Origin: a virus
Taxonomy: Duplodnaviria > Heunggongvirae > Uroviricota > Caudoviricetes
Reading direction: 5' to 3' (one strand)
DNA: 64,000 nt
IMG/VR virus record: IMGVR_UViG_3300027673_000001
Coordinates: 18,759 to 82,758 of that record
In this document: piece after piece, positions 16,673-24,518 of the stretch
Numbering within the stretch: position 1 is the first letter of the stretch
Layout: every line of letters starts with the position of its first letter
Translations under genes and position numbers: made by a program
Notes under the pieces: model-generated
Told to the model about the DNA's origin: nothing
What the model saw: the letters and a program-made list of their open reading frames with translations, nothing else
Databases searched by the model: none

Positions 16673-17728
16673 TCAGAAGTAAGTATAGGATGTTCTGTCA
16701 TCCCAGGTTTTATTAAAATCGGCAGAACCTTCTGCCCATACGATATTTATGTCGGAAGTAACCTGCTCAACTCTCTTTATCCTCCAAACAGGCGCAGAAG
16801 GCAAGGAACCAGGTACTGCTTCACCTATGTATGTGAAAGAACCGTCAGTGTCTATGAGTTTGTTGTACTGCACTTCTATTCCTGTCTGAATGCCTTGGAT
16901 AAACTCCAGAAGGTCTCTTACTACAAATTTCTTCTTGGAAGAGTCGAATATGAGAATTGCGTTTTCGCTTACTTCCGAAAGTCTCTTGAATTCAACATCA
17001 TCATTATCAAGTATCTTAGCAGAGCCACCTCCCGAAGAACCACCACCAGGGGCTAGGTTCATTAACGTAAGGTTAACCTTTGCTACAAACGCAGAGTGTA
17101 GTTTGGTGTATTGGTCTGTTATCTTATCTATGAATGGCGTTATGTCCGGTGTTACGCCATCAACACCATCGCGCCCATCTTTACCATCACGACCGTCCTT
17201 GCCATCAACTCCGTCGCGTCCATCTTTCCCGTCTTTGCCCGGAGGACCAATAGTACCATCACGTCCGTCTTTACCATCGATGCCGTCGCGACCATCTTTC
17301 CCTGGTGCCCCGTCTTTACCGTCGATTCCATCCTTACCGTCGCGACCGTCCTTACCTGGCGGACCTTCAGGTCCTATAGGGCCTGCTTCGCCATCTTTGC
17401 CAGGGGCTCCGTCGATTCCATCACGACCATCTTTACCGTCAATTCCGTCGCGACCGTCCTTACCTGGCGGACCTTCGGCTCCATCCTTCCCGTCTATTCC
17501 GTCGCGCCCATCTTTACCGTCTTTGCCAGGGGCTCCGTCGATTCCATTTCGACCGTCCTTACCTGGCGGACCTTCGTCGCCCTTTGGTCCTTGAATTCCC
17601 ATGAGTCCTTCGGCTCCATCCTTACCATCACGTCCATCTTTGGGCATGATAGTAGAAACATAGTCAAAGACTTCCTTCTTGAGTTTTTCAAAGAAGGTAA
17701 TGATTATTCCATAATCTAGTGGACTCAT
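16673..17728 (-). CDS. collagen-like fibre protein with C-terminal beta domain
   Basis: 54 uninterrupted G-X-Y triplets (17150-17635); C-terminal YIGEAVPGS...WRIKRV domain; starts 1 nt after the portal stop. Confidence 0.88.
   Translation of the reverse strand: MSPLDYGIIITFFEKLKKEVFDYVSTIMPKDGRDGKDGAEGLMGIQGPKGDEGPPGKDGRNGIDGAPGKDGKDGRDGIDGKDGAEGPPGKDGRDGIDGKDGRDGIDGAPGKDGEAGPIGPEGPPGKDGRDGKDGIDGKDGAPGKDGRDGIDGKDGRDGTIGPPGKDGKDGRDGVDGKDGRDGKDGRDGVDGVTPDITPFIDKITDQYTKLHSAFVAKVNLTLMNLAPGGGSSGGGSAKILDNDDVEFKRLSEVSENAILIFDSSKKKFVVRDLLEFIQGIQTGIEVQYNKLIDTDGSFTYIGEAVPGSLPSAPVWRIKRVEQVTSDINIVWAEGSADFNKTWDDRTSYTYF
17150..17635 (-). repeat. collagen-coding region with internal direct DNA repeats
   Basis: gtccttacctggcggaccttc occurs 3 times and ccaggggctccgtcgattcca twice. 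Confidence 0.85.
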
Positions 17729-17729
17729 T

Positions 17730-19364
17730 TCACTTCTCTAGGTAATTGATAAGGGCTTCTGTGAGTTGTGTTTCTCTTATGGTTTTAATGACCGATTCTC
17801 TAGTTGGTTCTTCCTCTCTGATGAAAGGAGGGTGAGCAGGATTATCAGGTGTTGGTTCTTCATCCGCAGGAGCCTCGCCCATTGGTTGTCCTTCAACAGG
17901 AGGTTTGAACCTATCGTCCATAGTCTTGATTTGTTCTTCAAGCTCTTCGATTTCTTCTTCAGTCAATCTAAGGACCTTGGACTGGACCCACTCTGGACTG
18001 AAGTACTTACCAACATATGCGTCGACTTGTCCGAGAAGAGCAATTCTATTTTGCCATAGCTCTGTTTCCTTCAACTCAACGAAGTTGTTTTCATTGACAT
18101 AGTTGATTGTGATGTGATTGCAAACATCATTCCACTCATCCGCTTTGATGATGTTCTTTGCTATGAGTTGAACTCTAAGTATGTCAAGGAGCAGCTTGGA
18201 GAACTTTGTCCTAAGTCTAGCAACAAACTTGTTGAACCTAAGCTCATCTCTTGTTATCTCGTTTGATCTGCCAAGAGAGAAGTTCTGTTGTGGCAGAAGC
18301 CTCGAGATAGGTACGTTAAGGCTTTGATATAGCTTTTGCTGGAAGTAATTTACATCCTCAAGCTGCCCAAGTGTTTGGCCACCAGGAAGAGTTGTAATTT
18401 CTGTGCCCTTGCCGCCTTCGCGTCTAGGCATCCAGAAATCCTCAAGCATTGACATATACTTTCTATCATCACGAACTTCGCCGGTTGAAGCATCATATAC
18501 AATCTTGTTCTTGTACTTGTTCATGATGTCCGTAACATACTGCTCTGCCTTGAGCTTTGGTAGGTTACCCACATCAATGTAGAACACCCTTCTCTCTGGT
18601 GCTCTGGCTATCCTATAGATTACAGTCGCATCCTCAAGCATTTTCAGCTGGTTAGCTAGCTTAATGGCTTTATGGAGGTAGCTAAACATTAGGTTGGAGT
18701 TCTGGTCATACAGACCAGAAGGAACATAAACAACAGAATCCGTGCTTAGCTTTATGCCCTGAGTACTAGATGCGTCTATGCCTTTTTCGTTATAGATGAA
18801 GAACTCTTCTTGTTTGACTATAACGTCGACATTAGTGGTTGGGTCTTTCTTTTTCTCAACTTTCTTGATTTTGCGAATCTTTCTTGAATCCACAAAGTCA
18901 ATCTTTCTGATACCTTCGCCAGGGCTTTTGGGGTCTAAGTAAATGACGTGGTATTGCCTACCATCGATGTACCAGTTCCTAAAATAGTCATGGGCTTTTT
19001 CTTCGAAGTTCAACAAGGACAGGACTTCATCAAACTCGTCCTGTATCTTCTTCTTGATAGCTGCAGAAACCTTCAACTCTTCCAAGTTGAGTTTTACTAC
19101 GTTGCCTTCGTCATCATAACAGATTGCTTCGTTTGCTATCTCTTCAACAGCGCTGTCTACTTCTGGGAACAAGGAGATTTCCCTATACCTTCTAATCAAG
19201 TCATTTTCGTTCTTGATGGAAGTGTCCATGTCTACTACTTGGGAATAGTAGGCAGCAGCGGAAGAAGAAAGAACTACAGAGCCGTCTTCGGAAGTAGGCG
19301 TGATGACTGAAGTCATCTGCTCTTCCCTCTTCTTTAGGTTTATCTGAAAGCCAAAGATGTTCAT
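17730..19364 (-). CDS. gp20: portal protein
   Basis: IYRIARAPERRVFYIDVGNLPK, MLEDFWMPRREGGKGTEITTLPGG. Confidence 0.98.
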   Translation of the reverse strand: MNIFGFQINLKKREEQMTSVITPTSEDGSVVLSSSAAAYYSQVVDMDTSIKNENDLIRRYREISLFPEVDSAVEEIANEAICYDDEGNVVKLNLEELKVSAAIKKKIQDEFDEVLSLLNFEEKAHDYFRNWYIDGRQYHVIYLDPKSPGEGIRKIDFVDSRKIRKIKKVEKKKDPTTNVDVIVKQEEFFIYNEKGIDASSTQGIKLSTDSVVYVPSGLYDQNSNLMFSYLHKAIKLANQLKMLEDATVIYRIARAPERRVFYIDVGNLPKLKAEQYVTDIMNKYKNKIVYDASTGEVRDDRKYMSMLEDFWMPRREGGKGTEITTLPGGQTLGQLEDVNYFQQKLYQSLNVPISRLLPQQNFSLGRSNEITRDELRFNKFVARLRTKFSKLLLDILRVQLIAKNIIKADEWNDVCNHITINYVNENNFVELKETELWQNRIALLGQVDAYVGKYFSPEWVQSKVLRLTEEEIEELEEQIKTMDDRFKPPVEGQPMGEAPADEEPTPDNPAHPPFIREEEPTRESVIKTIRETQLTEALINYLEK

Positions 19365-19375
19365 GTTTGAATACC

Positions 19376-19418
19376 AAAAAAATAGTCGTAAAGGTTTGAC
19401 CCGTTACGACTATTTATA
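19376..19418 (-). terminator. gp19 terminator (12-bp stem plus U-tract) with late promoter TATAAATA overlapping its 5' arm
   Basis: Stem 19380-19391/19404-19415; A-tract 19376-19382 on +; TATAAATA at 19411-19418. Confidence 0.8.
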
Positions 19419-19437
19419 GTGCCGGAAATCCTAGGGA

Positions 19438-19956
19438 TTAACGATCAGGTTCGAAGAAGTTGTAGTCGAAGGTTACTTCGAATGTTTGGATGTTTGCGTT
19501 ATCATAGGATAGGGTGATAGCACCAATTTCGGTAGGGTACGCATCAAAGAACTTGTAAGTCTTAAGTTGAGCGCCGTTACGGTCAAGTTGAATAACCCTC
19601 AGGTCTACTTGGTAATCAGCTGGGTTCTTAAGACCGTTTGTGGAACCAAAGTTCGCAATGGCATCCTGCCAACGCTCAAATGCGTTCCTAATCAGGAAGT
19701 CGCCGTCGTTGATTACAGTAATAGACCATGGAGCAAAAGTTCTTTCGCCTGCGAAGTTCACTGGGCGACCTCTGTATGTTACAGGAATGTTTGTAACGGT
19801 TACTGCTGGCAGGCTTGTTGCGTTACACAGGAAAGAAGCCGCTCTAGATGCTCCGCCAGCTGCCGCTACGGCGGGGAAAGTAAGTTCGACAGAGAATTGG
19901 TTGGAGCGAGCTCCACCTTGTCTCATCTGTGCTTTGAAGTCGGAGATTGTTGACAT
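19438..19956 (-). CDS. gp19: tail tube protein
   Basis: GGARSNQF, GRPVNFAGERTFAPWSITVINDGDFLIRNAFERW, YKFFDAYPTEIGAITLSYD. Confidence 0.96.
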   Translation of the reverse strand: MSTISDFKAQMRQGGARSNQFSVELTFPAVAAAGGASRAASFLCNATSLPAVTVTNIPVTYRGRPVNFAGERTFAPWSITVINDGDFLIRNAFERWQDAIANFGSTNGLKNPADYQVDLRVIQLDRNGAQLKTYKFFDAYPTEIGAITLSYDNANIQTFEVTFDYNFFEPDR

Positions 19957-19975
19957 TTTTGTTCCTCTTATGACG

Positions 19976-19997
19976 GGGACTGTTTAGGTCCCTTTTT
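19976..19997 (+). terminator. weak hairpin plus U5 on the + strand between gp18 and gp19
   Basis: GGGAC-TGTTTAG-GTCCC-TTTTT; orientation is opposite to the genes. Confidence 0.35.
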
Positions 19998-19999
19998 AA

Positions 20000-21886
20000 T
20001 TAGCCGCCGATTTCTTCAAAGTTCACGCTAGTGCGTGCTGCAATGAAGTTCAGTGTAATGAAGTTGATTGAACGGGCAGGCTTGATGAAGATGTCAGCCA
20101 CGAATCTGTTGGCATCAATCACGTCGCCGGTGTTGTTGGTTTCGTCGCACTTAACTCTGAAGTCAGTGATACCTCTACGTCCCTGAACATCACGCAGGAA
20201 TGGCTCAACCAAAGATCTGAACTGAGCTCTTGTGAACGGGTCGTTGAACTCGAACAATTGGAACTTAGCTGCAATAGCAATAGCCTTCTCGAGAACAATG
20301 AACAGCCTACGAACGTTGATACGGTCAAAAGCTGATGGCTTAGACAAAAGAGTCTTGTCGCCGAAAAGAACTGTACCTTGTCCAGGGAAGGAAACCACTG
20401 GGTTCACGCCGGACTTGTAAAGAGTGTCTCTCGATACTTGGTCTGGGTTGAAGGACAGCTTGACTACGTTCTTGATCTGACCTCTGTTATAACCACCAGG
20501 AGAGAACCATGGATCATCAGTGAAGTCAGTACGGGCACATAGACCAGCAATGTCTGCGTTCAGAGGAACCCAACGATAGACGTCATTGTAACGGTCATAT
20601 TGGTACTTGTAGCCAGAGTCCATTGCCGCGTAGGAAGTCGAAGGAAGTAGGTTACGGTAAGCAACAATTTGGCTTGCGAAAGTCTGTCCTACACCAACAA
20701 TAATCTCTCCAGTAGATGTGTTCTCTGGGGAAACAAAAACCAAGCAGTCCTTACGGGTTTCAGCCACGTTGTTGATAACGAAAGCTGCTGTTGCTGCAGA
20801 AGCCTTACCAAGGAACAACAGACTAATGTCATATGCTTCGGCGTTACCGAAAAGAGCAAAACCATTCTGCTTGTTACCTTCAGTTGCGTTGAAGTCATCA
20901 GCGCCACCAGTTAGTGTGACTGTCAAAGGAGCAGCCAAGCTAGTGAACGTCACAGCAGGACCTGTTTCCTTACCCCAGTCCATACCAGTTGGGTGATCCA
21001 TCCAGTAAACCCACTTAGATGAGTTGTTCAGTACGAACTTGTAGTAGGTGTTAGTGCCGTCTGCTCTACGACCATTGCTTGCCTTGCTCATGAAAGCAAA
21101 CTTCTCAAGGATACCGTTAACGGTTCCTGTGATTACGCCCAGGGCATCGAGAACGATGATATGAACTTCGTCGTCTGCAGGGGCTCCGTCGAATTCGTTT
21201 TCAAAGTCCCAACCGTCAAACGTATCTGCGTCTGCCATGGAGACTTTAACGGAGTTACCAAGAGTGCCTGGATACTTGGCTGCAAACTCACCAACAACGC
21301 CACCGCCGTTTTCATAGTTGACTTCATAGTCAGTGATATTGTTGATCTTGATGCCGCCAACAGTTACCGTCGCTGTAGCTGTCGCGCCAGTTCCGTCTGG
21401 GTCTGTGATTGTGATAGTTGCGGATGTGTAACCGCTACCTGGGTTGGTAATTGTAAGTCCAGTCACAACACCTGCGGTTGATTGAACAGTTACAGTTGCT
21501 TGAACACCGCCTGCTGTCTGAGGAGCAGAAACAGTAGCTACAGGAGCAGTATAACCACTACCGCCTGCTGTCACCGCAACGGATGTAAGGCTACCAGTTT
21601 GAGTAGAAACAGCGTTTCTTTGACCGCTTGTATCAAGCCTAACCAAGAGCAGGTTATTGCTGTAGGAAAGGAAGTTTGCAGCGGAGAAGAAAGACATAGC
21701 TGTGCCATCGTTAGGAGCGCCATATCTTTGCACGAGTTCGTTCTCGCTCGTTACAATAATAGGATCCATAACAGGACCCCAGCGAAACACACCAGCAAAC
21801 GCTCCATTTGAAGTGGATACCGCCGGAACGATGCTAGTGAAATCTTTTTCTGTTACCTGTACGCCAGGGGATAGCATAAACGCCAT
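20000..21886 (-). CDS. gp18: tail sheath protein with an inserted GSGY beta-module
   Basis: SPGVQVTEKD, WFSPGGYNRG, LFGDKT, FDRINVRRLF, IKPARSINFITLNF. Confidence 0.97.
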   Translation of the reverse strand: MAFMLSPGVQVTEKDFTSIVPAVSTSNGAFAGVFRWGPVMDPIIVTSENELVQRYGAPNDGTAMSFFSAANFLSYSNNLLLVRLDTSGQRNAVSTQTGSLTSVAVTAGGSGYTAPVATVSAPQTAGGVQATVTVQSTAGVVTGLTITNPGSGYTSATITITDPDGTGATATATVTVGGIKINNITDYEVNYENGGGVVGEFAAKYPGTLGNSVKVSMADADTFDGWDFENEFDGAPADDEVHIIVLDALGVITGTVNGILEKFAFMSKASNGRRADGTNTYYKFVLNNSSKWVYWMDHPTGMDWGKETGPAVTFTSLAAPLTVTLTGGADDFNATEGNKQNGFALFGNAEAYDISLLFLGKASAATAAFVINNVAETRKDCLVFVSPENTSTGEIIVGVGQTFASQIVAYRNLLPSTSYAAMDSGYKYQYDRYNDVYRWVPLNADIAGLCARTDFTDDPWFSPGGYNRGQIKNVVKLSFNPDQVSRDTLYKSGVNPVVSFPGQGTVLFGDKTLLSKPSAFDRINVRRLFIVLEKAIAIAAKFQLFEFNDPFTRAQFRSLVEPFLRDVQGRRGITDFRVKCDETNNTGDVIDANRFVADIFIKPARSINFITLNFIAARTSVNFEEIGG

Positions 21887-21942
21887 TTTCTTAGTCCTTT
21901 ACGAAGAAGTTTGAAGTTCTCATAGAATTGTCTTCATACTCG

Positions 21943-21950
21943 TATTTAGT
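21943..21950 (-). promoter_or_regulatory. late promoter variant ACTAAATA (gp18-gp19)
   Basis: Intergenic after gp17; the same octamer precedes gp25, gp48, gp4 and the gp13 operon. Confidence 0.7.
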
Positions 21951-21954
21951 GATT

Positions 21955-23598
21955 TCAAATGTTCATAAAGCCGACATCAACAGTTTGCCAACCGTCGTCG
22001 CTGCTTTGATTTCCGTCATGGAAGAAGCCAACAGGCAAAACTTCGTTGTCGATCATCTCAAGTCTGGCTCTATACATACTCTTTCTTATATCTATGTCAG
22101 TCAATTCCTTGAAATACGCCTGGCTTGTCAACCAACCAAATATAACCAAAGTCATAACTAGGTCATCATGGTAGCCGTCGTCAGCGGCATATGAATCCTT
22201 TTGTTCTATGAAAGTAGAAATCTCAGAGATTGTGTTCATATCGTTTACCAGGAGCTTCTGGTTCTCGATGAGGTCCTTTAGCATAGTGCAGCCTATGCGC
22301 TTTGTTTTCTTGTCCTGGAGAACACCCATTTGAGTAGTTCCGCCTCCAAAGCCGCCGGAAACTACTTGACCTTTGGTGTTTCTAGTTACATAGATGATGT
22401 TCTCATACTCAAGTTCATAGTGAAGTATGTGAGGTACTTGTTCTGACTTGTTGATTTCTATGAGAACAAAGGCATCATTGTATTCCTTTGCCAGCTTATA
22501 GATGACGTTGGGATAAACCAATGGGCTTATCTTGTTTGATGAAAAGGATGCAACTACCTTGTATGGTAGCTCGTCTACTCTTATCACCTGGAAAGCAGAA
22601 GAGTCTCCACCGACTCCTGAAGCCGTATCGCAAACCATAACGTAAGCTCCTGGTTTTTCTAGGAGCTTTTCGGCATTCATTGTTCCCTTGAACGGAGCCT
22701 CGAATACCCTCAGCCCTTCTTCTGTTATGTGTATTGGTTTCAGGGCAGCCATCTTTTGTATGGCATCTGGCGATATCAGAGTAGCAGCAGAGCCAAGGAA
22801 GTCCATCAAGACCTCCTGGCGGTACTTCAACGGTCCAAGAAGCTGCTCTTGTTCCTTTGCCCACTTTTCGTCGTGTTCTGGGTGTTCCCAGTATTCGACC
22901 CTAACTGGTTTGAAGCCGTTTATTCCTTGCTCTGCTTCTGTCCAGAACTTCCAGAAGTGGTTCAAGCCCAGAGGCGTAGAAGTGAGGACAATCTTGGTTG
23001 TCTTACCGGCGGAAATTGTCGGGTAAGTAGCAGTGAAGAACTCATCAGCTACGGTATTTGGGATGATAGCTGCTTCGTCGATGTACAGAAAGTTAACGGA
23101 CTTACCACGAATACCCGATGAACTTGTCGCCGCAGTGAAAGCTGCGCTGTTATTCTCGAACTTAATGGAACCTTTGTTCCATTCCACCACGCCCTGCTGT
23201 AGCCACTTCGGTAGACCTTCAATCATAAGTTGCATACGAGACATGATTTCCCGTGCCGCCGACGCCTTGTTAGCGAGAATAGCTACAGTCTTGGAGTCAT
23301 TGAAGATAAGATACCAAACAAGGTATGCAGCCACGGTTGTTGTTTTACCGTGCTGACGAGGAAACATACCAAGCACTCTTCTGTTCTCATGCAGAGCAGT
23401 AATGAAGTTTACCTGGTAGTCGTAGAGTTTGAATGGAATGAGACCGTGGTCAAGGGATATAATCTTGATGTACTTCTTGATGAAGTAGATAGGATCATAG
23501 GTACACTTGACGTATTCCTTGAAGTCCTCTTCTGTGTAAGGGATTGAAACCCCTGCTGCCTTCAGCCTGGGGTTGGCATTATAAAACGGTGCTGGCAT
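21955..23598 (-). CDS. gp17: terminase large subunit
   Basis: Walker A PRQHGKTT, YIDEAA, STPLG, nuclease DTASGVGGD and DDLVM; no intein or intron. Confidence 0.97.
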   Translation of the reverse strand: MPAPFYNANPRLKAAGVSIPYTEEDFKEYVKCTYDPIYFIKKYIKIISLDHGLIPFKLYDYQVNFITALHENRRVLGMFPRQHGKTTTVAAYLVWYLIFNDSKTVAILANKASAAREIMSRMQLMIEGLPKWLQQGVVEWNKGSIKFENNSAAFTAATSSSGIRGKSVNFLYIDEAAIIPNTVADEFFTATYPTISAGKTTKIVLTSTPLGLNHFWKFWTEAEQGINGFKPVRVEYWEHPEHDEKWAKEQEQLLGPLKYRQEVLMDFLGSAATLISPDAIQKMAALKPIHITEEGLRVFEAPFKGTMNAEKLLEKPGAYVMVCDTASGVGGDSSAFQVIRVDELPYKVVASFSSNKISPLVYPNVIYKLAKEYNDAFVLIEINKSEQVPHILHYELEYENIIYVTRNTKGQVVSGGFGGGTTQMGVLQDKKTKRIGCTMLKDLIENQKLLVNDMNTISEISTFIEQKDSYAADDGYHDDLVMTLVIFGWLTSQAYFKELTDIDIRKSMYRARLEMIDNEVLPVGFFHDGNQSSDDGWQTVDVGFMNI

Positions 23599-24302
23599 TA
23601 GAATCCTTCAAGCCATTGCTCCACAATTTCATCTGTAGGGAGATTCTGGGACGCAACATAGTTAAGCTCTGGCTGAGTAAGGTTAGCTTCGACTTGTTTG
23701 ATAACGGAAGTTTCTTTGACTTTGCCGTATAGGTTTGCCTTGGCTGTAAAGTTCAAAGTGTGGACAACCAAGCGCCTAACATCAAGACCACCTTCGAAGT
23801 CGTCGGAAAAAGAGACGCTATTCAACACATAAGGAACATCTGTGATGATGTTTAGAGCAGGGACGGTCCTTAGGGATAGCGTTTGTTCTGGAGCAAAGTA
23901 AGGGAGTATCTGCTCCAAAATCTGCAGGGCATCTTCTTGGTTGTTGGTTGCAAAGTAAAGCGAAAGATCTATGTTGTATGGCACAGGGGTGAGTACTGAC
24001 TCAATGCCTGTTTCATCCGTACACCTTACAGTTTGTGCTCTATTGAGTTTCCTGCTTGGGTCGTAACTATAACCAGTCAACTCAAATGCCAGCCTCGGTA
24101 GAGAGGTTGACGTTCCTGCCCCCTCGGGATTTTGCTCTATGGCTTGCATCCACTTTTGCTTGTTTGAATACGCAATAGGGACTTTGATTTCCTGCTCTGT
24201 CACCCCTTCATTTTGTCTTTCAAAACGAATGTCAGAGAACATAGAGCCAAAACCAACAAGTATTGACCTTATGGTTTTGTGGTAGAATGGTGTTTCTATC
24301 AT
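23598..24302 (-). CDS. gp15: tail sheath stabiliser / completion protein
   Basis: FYHKTIRSILVGFGSMFSDI, KVPIAYSNKQK, LPRLAFE, QILEQILPYFAP. Confidence 0.93.
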   Translation of the reverse strand: MIETPFYHKTIRSILVGFGSMFSDIRFERQNEGVTEQEIKVPIAYSNKQKWMQAIEQNPEGAGTSTSLPRLAFELTGYSYDPSRKLNRAQTVRCTDETGIESVLTPVPYNIDLSLYFATNNQEDALQILEQILPYFAPEQTLSLRTVPALNIITDVPYVLNSVSFSDDFEGGLDVRRLVVHTLNFTAKANLYGKVKETSVIKQVEANLTQPELNYVASQNLPTDEIVEQWLEGF

Positions 24303-24517
24303 AGCTTCTTAACCTCAGTGAATGTGAGGTTTCTTTCCTCTTTCCTTATCCTATCCATCCTTGTCATAAACTTGGCTCCTTCTTCTGAATTGAAAAAGGA
24401 TAGAGCTTCATCATCGCTATCAAATGCTTTCCAGATAGACAGGTTTACTTGCATTTCGTTTTCCGGGGACGCCGAAACTATGATGGTGCCACCTAGGCAA
24501 CGGTAAAAGGTTGTCAT
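24299..24517 (-). CDS. hypothetical protein
   Basis: 72-aa ORF coupled to both neighbours. Confidence 0.6.
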   Translation of the reverse strand: MTTFYRCLGGTIIVSASPENEMQVNLSIWKAFDSDDEALSFFNSEEGAKFMTRMDRIRKEERNLTFTEVKKL

Positions 24518-24518
24518 A

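Noticed and set aside
16673-17650. Direct repeats considered as a CRISPR array or DGR template/variable pair (also 41967-42140 and 32600-32745)
   Set aside because: All are in-frame coding repeats without unique spacers or adenine-specific mismatches, and no Cas or reverse transcriptase gene is in the window.
16890-17719. Pro/Ser-repeat + strand ORFs 16890-17594 and 17111-17719
   Set aside because: Their periodicity is the reverse complement of the collagen G-X-Y codons.
17726-17732. Programmed frameshift fusing portal to the collagen protein
   Set aside because: No slippery heptamer or downstream structure at TGA-A-ATG; translational coupling explains it.
21955-23598. Intein, intron or homing endonuclease in terminase, gp46, uvsW or gp23
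   Set aside because: All are contiguous and of ordinary length, with no Hint, LAGLIDADG, GIY-YIG or HNH motifs seen.
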